Shown: positions 1-10,397, counted from the stretch's first letter. The stretch: 32,000 nucleotides of DNA from Cellulosilyticum sp. I15G10I2 (GCF_900095725.1 NZ_FMMP01000015.1:132364-164363); one strand, 5' to 3'. Notes: generated by a model not told the origin, from the letters alone. Numbers and translations: made by a program.

Positions 1-105
1 TGGTCCTACTATAACTAAGATTTCACCTTTTAATAGCTCTAAGTCTACTCCTTTTAATACCTGTATATTGCCAAAGCTTTTGCGTAAACCTTCTATTTTT
101 AGCAT
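1..105 (-). CDS. Amino-acid ABC transporter ATP-binding protein (N-terminus only, truncated by window edge)
   Basis: Reverse strand reads [35 protein letters not shown], a typical ABC ATPase N-terminus leading into Walker A, with a GGAGAGG RBS upstream of the ATG; adjacent to permease and binding protein. Confidence 0.85.
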   Translation of the reverse strand, partial: MLKIEGLRKSFGNIQVLKGVDLELLKGEILVIVGP

Positions 106-117
106 AAAACCCTCTCC

Positions 118-780
118 TTACTTATAGTAGTCATACTTCGTTTCAATATGCGTCATGAACTTAGACAGAACATAAGTTAATACAAGGTATACAAAGGCGA
201 TGATGACTAAAGGAAGCAGCGTTGCATCTCTGTTAGAGGCTATCTTACCAACTTTTAGGAGTTCATCGAGTCCTAAGATATACACAAGAGCCGTATCTTT
301 AACTAATGTTACTACCTCATTGCCAACAGGCGGCAATACACGTTTGAGAGCCTGTGGAAATATAATTCTAAAAAAGGTATCTTTACGGGATAAACCAAGT
401 ACTTCAGCCCCTTCGTATTGACCGCCGTCAATAGAATGAATACCCGCTCTAAAAATCTCGGCAAAATACGCCGCATAATTAAGTGAAAAAGCAAAAAGAG
501 CAGCAGGAAGCCTGCCAAACTTAATACCAATCAGCGGAAGTCCAAAGTAAATAAATACAATCTGTAATAAAAGAGGAGTGCCTCTCATTATTAGTATATA
601 GAGCCCAGTAAGTTTATTGAGAATTTTAAACTTAGATAACCGACCCAGTGCAACAATAACGCCGAGTGGGATAGAAACGATTAAAGTAAGTCCAAAGATC
701 TGTAAGGTTACGAGTAACCCATGTAAAACTTGAGGCATAAGCATACTAACGTATTCTAAAAAATGCATCATACTGTCCAA
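118..780 (-). CDS. Polar amino-acid ABC transporter permease (HisM/GlnP family)
   Basis: 220 aa with multiple TM segments and EAA-loop-like motif (YEGAEVLGLSRKDTFFRIIFPQALKRVLPPVGNEVVTLVKDTAL); gene context. Confidence 0.92.
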   Translation of the reverse strand: MDSMMHFLEYVSMLMPQVLHGLLVTLQIFGLTLIVSIPLGVIVALGRLSKFKILNKLTGLYILIMRGTPLLLQIVFIYFGLPLIGIKFGRLPAALFAFSLNYAAYFAEIFRAGIHSIDGGQYEGAEVLGLSRKDTFFRIIFPQALKRVLPPVGNEVVTLVKDTALVYILGLDELLKVGKIASNRDATLLPLVIIAFVYLVLTYVLSKFMTHIETKYDYYK

Positions 781-909
781 TCTAACTCCTCCTTATATAG
801 GTTTTGGTCATAGAGAAAGGGCAACTGGAGAATACTAAGATCTCCTTGCGGCCCCATTTTGTTTATTTAAAATATCTATAGCTTATTATGTTCTAAATCT
901 CTATGTAGA

Positions 910-1743
910 TTAATTAGTAATATCTTCAGCAAACCATTTTTCAGAGATTGCTGCAAGTGTACCATCTGCTTTTAGCTCGCCGTAGGCTGCATTAAATGCA
1001 TCTACCATCTTTTGATCATCTTTTCTCATACCCACGCCGTACTCTTCATCACCAAAGTTTTCTTCAAGTACTGCGAACTTTTCTTCACCTTTTAAGGCAA
1101 TGTAGTATCTAAGTAAGATTTCATCAGCTACAACAGCATCTATCCTGCCAGCTTCAAGATCCATTAAGGCTTGGTTATTATCTTCAAAAGTAACGGCTTT
1201 ACCACCTTTAAAAGAGTTATAAAGATCTGCTTCTTTTTCCATAGCAGTAACAGCACTAGATTGATTTTGTGCCCCTACGTTTTTATCTGCTAAATCAGCC
1301 TTAGTCTTGATAGCAGAGTCAGCTAAAGTAACTATAACTTGCTTGTTATTTAAATAAGGAATAGAGAAGCTTACTTTTTCTTTTCTTTCATCCGTAATCG
1401 TATAACCATTCCATATAAAATCAATGTTACCAGAGCTTAACTCAGTTTCTTTCATAGACCAGTCTATCGGTTGAAGCTTAATTTCTTTCCCAAGTTTTTC
1501 GCCGAAAGCTTTTGCAAGGTCTACGTCAAAACCAACAATTTCACCTTTTTCGTCTCTAAAACCCATAGGTGCAAAAGAATCATCAAGTCCAACAATCCAA
1601 ACATTCTTGTCAAGAGTACTTTCACCAGATGTTTCAGTTTTATTATTAACATTACTAGTATTTTGGCCACCGCAGCCAGTAAATCCAAGAGCAAGAACTC
1701 CGGATAATGATAAAAGCAAAGCTTTTTTAATTAAATTTTTCAT
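910..1743 (-). CDS. Amino-acid ABC transporter substrate-binding lipoprotein
   Basis: Signal peptide/lipobox (LSGVLALGFTGCGG), SBP family 3 pattern (PMGFRDEKGEIVGFDVDLAKAFGEKLG...). ORF track starts at 1788, but ATG at 1743 (MKNLIKK) has a GGAGGATC RBS. Confidence 0.92.
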   Translation of the reverse strand: MKNLIKKALLLSLSGVLALGFTGCGGQNTSNVNNKTETSGESTLDKNVWIVGLDDSFAPMGFRDEKGEIVGFDVDLAKAFGEKLGKEIKLQPIDWSMKETELSSGNIDFIWNGYTITDERKEKVSFSIPYLNNKQVIVTLADSAIKTKADLADKNVGAQNQSSAVTAMEKEADLYNSFKGGKAVTFEDNNQALMDLEAGRIDAVVADEILLRYYIALKGEEKFAVLEENFGDEEYGVGMRKDDQKMVDAFNAAYGELKADGTLAAISEKWFAEDITN

Positions 1744-1846
1744 AATATAGATCCTCCGATATAAAAAATATTTACTAATGTAGCACATAACTAGTTTAGC
1801 TCGCTAAAGCGATAAAGTCAATACTTTTTTTATGTTATCTATTTTA

Positions 1847-2803
1847 TTATTCAGAGAGTATATTTGGAGGAAATTCTGTTTCAATATTTTCAATCTTTAA
1901 GAGCGATAAATCAAAATAGGGAATAGTAACAATACTGTTTGACCCATTAACTACAATGTAACATATGTTTTCTTCTTTTATAACATTACCTATAACAGCA
2001 GTTAGTACTTCTCCAGATTTTAATGTGATTTCAGCCGAGAGAGTAGGTGTATCAAATCCATATGCCCTAAGAAGATTAGGGGAAGCTATGTCTGTAATAA
2101 AATTTTTAACTTTGCAAATCTCAAAAAAATCAATGAGATTATTTAAAACCTCGGTATCTAATCCTTCAGACTCAAATAAAGTTGTTTGATCAGCTTGAGT
2201 GGGAAGAAGCGTATAAGTGTTCTCTTTATAAGTTAGAGTTATGTAATCTATATCTTTCTTATCAAAGTTTAAAAGGTGCTTGTCGCGCCATATGGCAAGG
2301 TCAGTATTTATGTTATTAAACGCCGACTTTGGCATAGTATAAATAGTATGTGCCATAGGTGAATAGACATAATAGTTAGATGGATCAGCAAGTGTTCCAC
2401 GCATGAGCTCGTAAGTATGATTATCCTTGGTATAAAGTGTAATACGCCCCGAAAAGTCATCTATACCATAATTTTTTAAATTAACGGGGTCAATGTCAAT
2501 GACCTCAGTTAAAGATGGTTGCTTAAAATTTAAAAGAATACTATAGATTAAAGAATGATCTGCTCTTGCAGCAAGAGGCTGCGATAACTCCCAATCATCT
2601 GCAATTCTTAGCACTTCTATTTGATGGCCCGATTCACTAAATTGGATCTTATTAATATTTACTGAAGACTCAGACCATAATATAGGGGGCAGGCTGGTCG
2701 GAGCAGCAAATGAACGAGAATCTTGGCGCTTTTGATAAAAAATTAATCCTGTTAAAGATATGAAAAAAAATAAGATAGGGACTAACCATCCTTTACGTTT
2801 CAT
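1847..2803 (-). CDS. DUF4340-domain-like membrane-anchored protein
   Basis: N-terminal TM/signal anchor, followed by repeated W-E/Y-T pattern typical of DUF4340 proteins (YILLNFKQPSLTEVIDIDPVNLKNYGIDDFSGRITLYTKDNHTYELMRGTL). Confidence 0.6.
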   Translation of the reverse strand: MKRKGWLVPILFFFISLTGLIFYQKRQDSRSFAAPTSLPPILWSESSVNINKIQFSESGHQIEVLRIADDWELSQPLAARADHSLIYSILLNFKQPSLTEVIDIDPVNLKNYGIDDFSGRITLYTKDNHTYELMRGTLADPSNYYVYSPMAHTIYTMPKSAFNNINTDLAIWRDKHLLNFDKKDIDYITLTYKENTYTLLPTQADQTTLFESEGLDTEVLNNLIDFFEICKVKNFITDIASPNLLRAYGFDTPTLSAEITLKSGEVLTAVIGNVIKEENICYIVVNGSNSIVTIPYFDLSLLKIENIETEFPPNILSE

Positions 2804-2991
2804 GTGTTCACCTCTGTAGTCTAAGTAGTTTTATACAACATGAGTATTATACCATATGTGACAACATATGGAAGTGCAAATTATTAGGAGGTCAGTAAAA
2901 AATAAAACTAAAATAGATATTTTTTCACTGTATATATCATATAAATAAAAAGACGAGAATTAACTGAATGCGTATTTAAAATGATTATTGC

Positions 2992-4002
2992 ATGAAAAGG
3001 GGGGAGAAAGTGAGACCATTAAATAAAGAGATTATATCTCAATATGATATAAGTGTAAGAAAATACCAATATATACGAAGTGCCTATTATTTAGAAACGA
3101 ATAAAGGTAAATTCTTATTAAGAAAAGTAGATCTGCCTAAAGATCAAATCATATTTGATTATGAGGTAGATACACATCTAAAACATAGTAATTTTAAAAG
3201 TATAAATGCCATATATACTACGAAAAAACGAGTCCCCTATGCTGTTTTTGGAGAACAGTGTTATATCATGCAAGGTTACATAGAAGGTGAAGAAACTGAT
3301 TTTAAGAACTTTGAAGATCTCAAAAATACTATTTATGTCTTGGCAGAATTTCATAGGGCTGCAAAAAATGTTTCAAGTAAGGTAAAAGACATAGATAAGA
3401 TAAGCATTAAAAATATTTATGATTATTATACGAAAAGAAATATTCAAAATACTAAATTAAAAAAAAGTATTACTGCCCTTAAGCAAAAATCAAAATTCGA
3501 AATTTTGTTTTTAGATCATTGTGATGCCTATACATGCCTTGAACAAATGGCATTAGGAGGCATCAATAGAGAATTAGCAGATAGGCTTGTAAGGCGAGTA
3601 AAAGATGAGCAGACGATAGCTCATAAAGACTATACGTATCATACAGTCAATAAAACAAGTATGGGGCAGTACATGATTAATAATCTAGATACATGTAGTT
3701 ATGATATTCAAATTATTGATTTAGCCTATATTCTGGGAAGAATTATGCAAAAAAATGATTGGAATATAGAAATATTGTACGAACTTATTAAGGCCTATGA
3801 TAGTAGAAACACACTATTAAAAGAAGAATTTGAAGTTTTAAAGGCCATGATGATTTATCCAGAGAAATATAATAGCATATGCACCAAATACCTAGGCTCA
3901 AAAAGAAGATGGAATTATAATATGTTTGAGCAAAAATGGCAGAACATGATTGTGTATATGGAGCATCAAATAGAAGCAGCTAAAATTATAAATTCATGGT
4001 AA
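2992..4002 (+). CDS. CotS/YsxE-like spore coat protein (aminoglycoside-phosphotransferase-like fold)
   Basis: Sequence pattern (ISQYDISVRKYQYIRSAYYLETNKGKFLLRK..., LAEFHRAAKN, later LDHCD and YDIQIIDLAYI). A GTG at 3010 preceded by GGGGGGAG is an alternative start. Confidence 0.75.
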   Translation: MKRGEKVRPLNKEIISQYDISVRKYQYIRSAYYLETNKGKFLLRKVDLPKDQIIFDYEVDTHLKHSNFKSINAIYTTKKRVPYAVFGEQCYIMQGYIEGEETDFKNFEDLKNTIYVLAEFHRAAKNVSSKVKDIDKISIKNIYDYYTKRNIQNTKLKKSITALKQKSKFEILFLDHCDAYTCLEQMALGGINRELADRLVRRVKDEQTIAHKDYTYHTVNKTSMGQYMINNLDTCSYDIQIIDLAYILGRIMQKNDWNIEILYELIKAYDSRNTLLKEEFEVLKAMMIYPEKYNSICTKYLGSKRRWNYNMFEQKWQNMIVYMEHQIEAAKIINSW

Positions 4003-4006
4003 CTAA

Positions 4007-4034
4007 GTCCCTAGCAATAGGGGCTTGTTTTAGT
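4007..4034 (+). terminator. Short rho-independent-like terminator after CotS-like gene
   Basis: AGTCCCTA-gcaa-TAGGGGCT followed by TGTTTT. Confidence 0.5.
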
Positions 4035-4073
4035 GAGGAATGAATGGGAAAGCCAGTAAAATAAGTAAGTTTA

Positions 4074-4101
4074 TTGACATTTCGTACTAACACGTTAAAA
4101 T
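4074..4101 (+). promoter_or_regulatory. sigmaA-like promoter upstream of PEGA-domain gene
   Basis: TTGACA (4074-4079), 16-nt spacer, TAAAAT (4096-4101). Confidence 0.55.
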
Positions 4102-4145
4102 GAATATAGAGCGTTATAAATCATACCGCAAAAAGGAGTGATTGT

Positions 4146-5516
4146 GTGAGAAGAAACAATAAGACATTTGTTAAGAGTATGATTATTACCTCTATTATAG
4201 GTTTTAGTGTACTTATGGTAATGATGTTTACAGGTATTAAATATTATGTTGATAAAAGTGGTACGAGCTCTCATTTGCAAGCAAGTAATATCATAAATGC
4301 GCCACAACCAAAAGTAGAATATAGTTCTACGATTATTGCGTTAGTAAAAAGAGTCAGTAAAGAAGAACTTGTAGCTTTTGATATAGAAAAAAAACAAGAC
4401 ATCACTAGAAGTATAGCATCCTCAACAAAAATTAGTGATGGATATGGCGGGATAATTCCTTTAAGCTCAATAAAAACAGGCGATTTGGTAGAAGTTATTT
4501 TTCAGCCAGATAAAGAAAATATATTAGCTATTAATAAAACGTTACGCACCTGGGTTAAACCAGAATTAAGTGGTGTAATCATTAATCCTTCTAAAAATGA
4601 AATTATTATTGGTAAAAAGGCATATAACTTTACAGATGACATCATGATGTTTAAAGAGGATGGAAGAGGCATTAAGGCAGCTTTTATAGGTGAATATGAT
4701 ATTTTGGAGCTCCAAGGGGTAGAAGACACTGTGTGGAGTGTACAGGTGCTGCAAAGTGCAGCCAGCATTGAATTAATAGATCTTCCAAGTTTAGAAGGAA
4801 GACTTGAAATAGATAGGACAAGAATGATTGCTTTAAAAGACATTGTAGGACCTATCAGTCTTACACCAGGGAAACATAAACTCCTTGTCGATATTAAAGG
4901 ATATGAGCCTATTACAGAAGAAGTGGAACTTGCTTCAGGAGAGCATCTTGAAATTACTTTAAAAGATGCAAAAGAAGCTTTTACAGAGCTAAATGTTGTT
5001 GTAATGAATCAAGGCGTGGATTATAGTGTACAAGTAGGCGACCAGACATTTAAAAAAGGACAACCCATTTCAGTAAAACAGGATAAGTATACTATTATAG
5101 TAAGCGCCCAAGGTTATAAAACTTGGGAGAGAGAGCTTGAGCTTGATAGAACTGCCTTTGATCTAAATATTACCCTCGAAAAAGAAGAAGATGAGGTTGT
5201 ATCTCCTGTAGGGAGCGAAAGTAATACTTCTAATAATAGTAATAATGGCAATACAAACAATAATAATTCAAGTAGTACCAATAATACAAATACTTCTAAT
5301 AACACATACACCATCAATATTTCTTCAGACCCCTCGGGCGCATACGTTTATATTGGCGGTATCTATAAGGGGCAAACGCCTTTTAAAACAACACTTCCAG
5401 TTGGGGATTATGCGATTTCACTCGAAAAGGCAGGCTATCAAAACTATTATACGAACATTATTATTGACAACAGTGATAATCAGAATAGCTTTTTATATGT
5501 ATTAACACCAGATTAA
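4146..5516 (+). CDS. Membrane-anchored PEGA-domain protein with Asn/Ser-rich linker
   Basis: N-terminal TM; PEGA-like motifs (LTPGKHKLLVDIKGYEPITEEVEL; GQPISVKQDKYTIIVSAQGYKTWERELELD; SSDPSGAYVYIGGIYKGQTPFKTTLPVGDYAISLEKAGYQNY) separated by poly-Asn/Ser/Thr linker. Confidence 0.8.
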   Translation: MRRNNKTFVKSMIITSIIGFSVLMVMMFTGIKYYVDKSGTSSHLQASNIINAPQPKVEYSSTIIALVKRVSKEELVAFDIEKKQDITRSIASSTKISDGYGGIIPLSSIKTGDLVEVIFQPDKENILAINKTLRTWVKPELSGVIINPSKNEIIIGKKAYNFTDDIMMFKEDGRGIKAAFIGEYDILELQGVEDTVWSVQVLQSAASIELIDLPSLEGRLEIDRTRMIALKDIVGPISLTPGKHKLLVDIKGYEPITEEVELASGEHLEITLKDAKEAFTELNVVVMNQGVDYSVQVGDQTFKKGQPISVKQDKYTIIVSAQGYKTWERELELDRTAFDLNITLEKEEDEVVSPVGSESNTSNNSNNGNTNNNNSSSTNNTNTSNNTYTINISSDPSGAYVYIGGIYKGQTPFKTTLPVGDYAISLEKAGYQNYYTNIIIDNSDNQNSFLYVLTPD

Positions 5517-5572
5517 TAACATAATCTATGTAAAGTAATTAAAGACATGATGATATGGAGGGTGATGTTAGA

Positions 5573-7303
5573 ATGAGCTATAAGAATAAGTATAAAAGTT
5601 GGCTAGAACATGAGTATTTTGATGTAATAACAAAAGATGAATTAAGAAATATTGAAAGCGATGAAAAAGAAATAGAAGATAGATTTTATACAGAACTAGA
5701 ATTTGGGACAGCAGGACTTCGCGGGGTAATCGGTGCGGGCACAAACCGTATGAATATCTATGTTGTAAGAAAGGCTACTCAAGGATTTGCTAATTATTTG
5801 ACCAAAGTAAGAAATAGTAAAGAACCTAAAGTAGCTATTGCGTATGATTCAAGGAATATGTCTTATGAATTTGCAAAAGAAGCTGGCGCAGTATTTGCGG
5901 CCAATGGTATTCATGTTTATATCTTTGAATCCCTAAGGCCAGTACCAGAGCTGTCTTTTGCAGTCAGGGAGCTAAAGTGTCATGGCGGCGTTGTTATCAC
6001 AGCCAGTCATAATCCACCAGAGTACAATGGCTATAAGGTTTATGGAGAAGATGGCGCACAGGTTATTGCACCCTATGACCAGATGATTATAGAAGAAGTG
6101 AATAAGATCACCGATTTTAATGATGTTAAGCATATGTCAGAAGAAGAAGCTGTAGAGGCTGGATTACTTACGTGGATAGGACAAGAAGTTGATGATAAGT
6201 ATATAGAGCAGGTAAAAAAACAGGCGATTAACTTAGAGGTTATTCAAAGGGTAGCAGATGATTTTAAAATCGTTTACACGCCTATTCATGGAACAGGTAA
6301 TAAGCCTGTCAGACGTATATTAAGTGAAGTAGGTTTTAAAAATGTCTATGTAGTTGATGAACAAGCTGAGCCCAATGGAAACTTTCCGACAGTAAAAAGC
6401 CCAAATCCAGAGGATACGAATGCCTTTGCGCTGGCGATAGAACTTGCCAAAAAAGTAGGTGCAGACATTGTCATGGGAACAGACCCCGATGCAGACCGGG
6501 TAGGTGTGCTTATAAGGGATCAAAAAGGTGAGTATGTTGTGCTTACCGGTAATATGATGGGAGCAATGCTTGCCGATTATATCGTATCTCAAAAGAAGTT
6601 AAAGGGAGAACTGGCACCTAATAGTGTTATTATTAAAACGATCGTTACAACAGAAATGACACGGGCTATTGCAAAAAGCTACGGGGCAGAAGTTATAGAA
6701 GTGCTTACTGGCTTTAAATATATTGGTGAACAAATCAGGCTTTTTGAAGAAAAAGGCGATAAGACTTATGTTTTTGGTTTTGAAGAAAGCTATGGGTGTT
6801 TAGCTGGAACTTATGCAAGAGATAAAGATGCAGTAGTCGCTTGTATGCTGTCAGCAGAAATGGCAGCTTATTATAAAGATAAAGGCATGACCCTTTATGA
6901 GGCGCTTATCTCACTCTATGAAAAATATGGTTATTATAAAGAAGGAATCCTATCTATCACATTAAAAGGTATAGAAGGCATGGGTAAGATAAAAGATATT
7001 ATGGGGAACTTGAGAGCGCTTAATATAAGCACGATAAGTTCTTATACAGTGCTTGCTAAAAGAGATTATGAGACAAGTAAGAGATTAGAACAAGATTTAG
7101 GCGAAGAAGACATTTTACTTCCAAAATCCGATGTTCTATATTATGAGCTTGATGATAATGCTTGGGTGTGCATAAGACCATCCGGAACAGAGCCTAAAAT
7201 TAAATTTTATTTTGGGGTAAAGGGCAGCAGTATAGAAGATGCAGATGCCAAAGTAGAAACACTCGAAAACGCTGTAAAACAAATTATAGAACCCTGGTTA
7301 TAA
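5573..7303 (+). CDS. Phosphoglucomutase/phosphomannomutase (alpha-D-phosphohexomutase family), copy 1
   Basis: TAGLRGVIGAGTNRMN, active-site serine loop VVITASHNPPEYNGYKVY, DPDADRVG metal-binding loop, RPSGTEPKIKFYF phosphate-binding loop. Internal ATG at 5573 has the better RBS (GGAGGG) than 5555. Confidence 0.93.
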   Translation: MSYKNKYKSWLEHEYFDVITKDELRNIESDEKEIEDRFYTELEFGTAGLRGVIGAGTNRMNIYVVRKATQGFANYLTKVRNSKEPKVAIAYDSRNMSYEFAKEAGAVFAANGIHVYIFESLRPVPELSFAVRELKCHGGVVITASHNPPEYNGYKVYGEDGAQVIAPYDQMIIEEVNKITDFNDVKHMSEEEAVEAGLLTWIGQEVDDKYIEQVKKQAINLEVIQRVADDFKIVYTPIHGTGNKPVRRILSEVGFKNVYVVDEQAEPNGNFPTVKSPNPEDTNAFALAIELAKKVGADIVMGTDPDADRVGVLIRDQKGEYVVLTGNMMGAMLADYIVSQKKLKGELAPNSVIIKTIVTTEMTRAIAKSYGAEVIEVLTGFKYIGEQIRLFEEKGDKTYVFGFEESYGCLAGTYARDKDAVVACMLSAEMAAYYKDKGMTLYEALISLYEKYGYYKEGILSITLKGIEGMGKIKDIMGNLRALNISTISSYTVLAKRDYETSKRLEQDLGEEDILLPKSDVLYYELDDNAWVCIRPSGTEPKIKFYFGVKGSSIEDADAKVETLENAVKQIIEPWL

Positions 7304-7353
7304 AATTAAAGCAGCTCGTATAATCGATAGATTGTACGAGCTGCTTTAATTTT
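7302..7353 (+). terminator. Strong intrinsic terminator after phosphohexomutase copy 1
   Basis: Perfect 19-bp stem AAAATTAAAGCAGCTCGTA / TACGAGCTGCTTTAATTTT with 14-nt loop. Confidence 0.8.
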
Positions 7354-7562
7354 ATCATTGCTATGCTGCCCGCTGCAGACTGTCCAAAAACTGACTCAAG
7401 CCTAAAATTCCCCTGCGGACCTATAGAAAACTATAACAGATAGTTTTCAGTCACTCTAGAGGGATAGAGTGCTTCAAAAGATAAAACCAAAAAAGTAAGA
7501 ATATAACTTACTTCAACATAATAAACATAGTAATAAATGAGCGCTTAAAGAGGTGTAAAACT

Positions 7563-8570
7563 ATGTTCAATATAGGGGATTATGTTGTTAGATTATCCTA
7601 TGGGAAAGATATATTATTTCGTATAACATATATTTCACCCAGTCAAATAGCTCGGTTAAAAGGCATATCTTATAGAGTAATAGCAGATGCCCCAATCAAA
7701 GATCTTGAGCTTGCAGATGGGATGCGATTTACAAATCAAGAGACAAATATCATGAATACTATTCAGCAAAATGTAGAAAGAATCATGAGAGAAAGAGAAG
7801 AAAATAAGAAAGGAAAATTACCTAGATTTCAAAAAACAGGGACAGTTCTCCATATAGATGGAGACGCTTTTTATTTAAACCTATGTCTTAAATACTATAA
7901 AATCTTAGATATACCCGCTATTGGTGAACATGTTATGGAATCAGAGCAACCTAAAAAAGTACGTTATTTACTGGAGAAGTATTCTCCAGATATATTAGTA
8001 CTTACAGGCCATGATTCACTTAATAAGCATTATAAAAGTTTATATGATGTTAATGAATATAGAAATTCTAATTATTTTATAGAGTCTGTGAAAAGAGCTC
8101 GGGCAATAAATCCAAGTATGGATGACTTAATTATATTTGCTGGAGCGTGTCAATCATATTTTGAAGGGATACTTGCAGCAGGTGCTGATTATGCAGCATC
8201 GCCAGGAAGAGTACTTATTCATGCACTAGACCCGGTGTTTATTGTAGAAAAGGCAGCTCAATGTCCATTTCATAAGGTGCTTTCCATAGAAGATGCCCTA
8301 GAAAATACGATTACCAAATTTAATGGATTAGGAGGTTATGAGATTATAGGTAAATGTAGAAGAGGAGGTCCTGTGGTAGAAGAACAAAAAGGAAAAAACA
8401 AGCAAGTAAAGCCAAGTATGAAGGTGGAGTATATTAAGGATCTCGATATTGATAGTATGACAGAAGAAGAACTAGAAAGGGAACTCAAAAAACCTATTTT
8501 CACAGATACAGATAAAGAGTTTGAGGAAAAAATAATGTACTATATGGGAAATACAATACCACTTAAATAA
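7563..8570 (+). CDS. yabG: Sporulation-specific protease YabG
   Basis: N-terminus MFNIGDYVVRLSYGKDILFRI..., conserved LVLTGHDSLNK, ACQSYFEGILAAGADYAASPGRVLIHALDPVF; followed by SPOCS/LysM gene. Confidence 0.92.
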   Translation: MFNIGDYVVRLSYGKDILFRITYISPSQIARLKGISYRVIADAPIKDLELADGMRFTNQETNIMNTIQQNVERIMREREENKKGKLPRFQKTGTVLHIDGDAFYLNLCLKYYKILDIPAIGEHVMESEQPKKVRYLLEKYSPDILVLTGHDSLNKHYKSLYDVNEYRNSNYFIESVKRARAINPSMDDLIIFAGACQSYFEGILAAGADYAASPGRVLIHALDPVFIVEKAAQCPFHKVLSIEDALENTITKFNGLGGYEIIGKCRRGGPVVEEQKGKNKQVKPSMKVEYIKDLDIDSMTEEELERELKKPIFTDTDKEFEEKIMYYMGNTIPLK

Positions 8571-8571
8571 C

Positions 8572-8595
8572 AAGGACCCCTTAAGGTCCTTATTC
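8572..8595 (+). terminator. Short terminator after yabG
   Basis: AAGGACC-ccttaa-GGTCCTT followed by ATTCTT. Confidence 0.55.
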
Positions 8596-8767
8596 TTAAT
8601 GATTTCATACAAAAAATTTAAAGAACCGTCCGCAAGAGGAATATTATTAAGTAAGAGAGAATATATATAAAATTAGTAGTAGTTAGTCCAATTTTTAAGG
8701 AAAGTCATATTACTTAGAGATGTATACATAAACTTGTATATATAATGCTATAGGAGGGGGAAATAAA

Positions 8768-10339
8768 ATGTCAGTAGAACTGATAAGAAAGCCAATCACA
8801 TTAGATGAAATGACAAGAAGAGAAAGTGTTCAAGTGATCAAAGAACGTGACATTATTGTACCAGATGGAAAACCTGACATGAAAAGAATACTTCAATTAG
8901 ACGGCAAGGTCAATATAGATCAACTAGATGTAAGTCAAGATAGGATTTTGTATAGAGGTAAAATAGATATTTTAGTGCTTTATACAACAGAGAACAATGA
9001 AAGTAATGTCTATACTATGAAGGGGAATATTCCGCTCGAAGATTTTGTGATCTTAGAAGGTGTAGATAAAGATCAGCGTATAGACTTTGAATATGATATA
9101 GAACATATGAGCTATAACATATTAAATGAGAGAAAGCTAAATGTTAAAGCTATTATGCAGCTTGATGCTGCTGCAACAAGAAGTAAACAGACCACAGTTA
9201 TCTGCGGCATAGATACAGAGGCCCCTATTCAAACAAGAGAAGAAGAAATTGAAGTGATTACTTTAGGTACTGAAAAAGAAGATAGAGTAATAGTCAGAGA
9301 AGACCTAACTGTTATGCAGGCAAAACCTAGTATCGCAGAAATTCTAAAAAGCTATGTTCAAATTCAGGAAGAGCAAGTTAAAAGAACAGAAGCAGAACTT
9401 ATGTATAATGGGATTCTCGAAGTTAGTACAATGTATAAAGCTGGAGGCGGCGAGGATACAATAGAGATTATTAATCATAGAATTCCTTTTGAAGGAAGAG
9501 TAGACCTGCCAAAAGATGATGGGGAAGTTTTTTGGGACTGCACACTAAGTGTTGCGCCCTCTTATATGCAGGTTGCACCAGATTATGATGGCGAAGATAG
9601 AGTGATAGAGTCAGAATTTATTGTTACCGCAAAATACTATAAGTTTAATAAAACTGTTCAGCCAACTATATGTGACTTACATTGTCCGGGCAAAAAAGTA
9701 TCCACGAGTGATAAAGTTTTAGAGTATATGAATCTTCATAATAGAGTGCATCTTTCTATTCCTAAAAAAGAAGCTATTATGATAGAGAATTTTATACCAG
9801 AAAACAATGAAGTCTTTAGTGTAGTAATAAGGCCAAATGTAGAAGAGAAGCTAATAGCAGATGACAAGCTGACAATTAAAGGGGTACTAGAAGTAAAAAC
9901 TATCTACATAGCAAAAGAAGTAGGCAGTGTAATAGATACGGCAGTTAATATTGTACCTTTTGCTCAAGAAATAGAAGTTAAAGGTATCGCAAAGAAGGCG
10001 AGTGTAGTACCTAGAATTATGGCAAAAGATGTTAAAATATATTCTCAAGGTAAAAAAGAAGTCGTAGTAGAATATATGCTCGATAGTACAGCAGAAATAT
10101 ATACAAAAGGTAACCTAAACGTACTTGAAGAAATAAGTCTGGAGGATATGACGAAAGAAGAATTAGATCAATATCCAAGTATGACTGTTTATCAAGTTAA
10201 AAAGGGAGATAGCCTCTGGGAGCTTGCAAAAAGGTTTAACACATCTGTTAAAGATATACAAGAAATAAATGGAATAGATATGCCGGATGCACTTCATACA
10301 GGGCAAAAGATTATCATTCTTAAAAAAGTAAAGTTTTAA
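8768..10339 (+). CDS. sipL: SPOCS (DUF3794)-domain protein with C-terminal LysM; SipL-like spore morphogenesis factor
   Basis: Repeated DUF3794-like modules (ILQLDGKVNIDQLDVSQDRILYRGKIDILVLYTTEN...), C-terminal LysM (MTVYQVKKGDSLWELAKRFNTSVKDIQEINGID...LHTGQKIIIL); directly downstream of yabG and upstream of ispE as I recall for clostridial sipL. Confidence 0.75.
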   Translation: MSVELIRKPITLDEMTRRESVQVIKERDIIVPDGKPDMKRILQLDGKVNIDQLDVSQDRILYRGKIDILVLYTTENNESNVYTMKGNIPLEDFVILEGVDKDQRIDFEYDIEHMSYNILNERKLNVKAIMQLDAAATRSKQTTVICGIDTEAPIQTREEEIEVITLGTEKEDRVIVREDLTVMQAKPSIAEILKSYVQIQEEQVKRTEAELMYNGILEVSTMYKAGGGEDTIEIINHRIPFEGRVDLPKDDGEVFWDCTLSVAPSYMQVAPDYDGEDRVIESEFIVTAKYYKFNKTVQPTICDLHCPGKKVSTSDKVLEYMNLHNRVHLSIPKKEAIMIENFIPENNEVFSVVIRPNVEEKLIADDKLTIKGVLEVKTIYIAKEVGSVIDTAVNIVPFAQEIEVKGIAKKASVVPRIMAKDVKIYSQGKKEVVVEYMLDSTAEIYTKGNLNVLEEISLEDMTKEELDQYPSMTVYQVKKGDSLWELAKRFNTSVKDIQEINGIDMPDALHTGQKIIILKKVKF

Positions 10340-10348
10340 CTTCTATAT

Positions 10349-10397
10349 TAAAGAGTTTTAAGTACTTCTATAGTACATTAAAACTCTTTATTTTTTT
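10349..10397 (+). terminator. Intrinsic terminator after sipL-like gene
   Basis: Perfect 13-bp arms TAAAGAGTTTTAA / TTAAAACTCTTTA followed by TTTTTTT. Confidence 0.75.

Noticed and set aside
1471-2189. Plus-strand ORFs of 78 and 74 aa opposite the SBP and DUF4340 genes
   Set aside because: Antisense shadows of convincing minus-strand genes; no family features.
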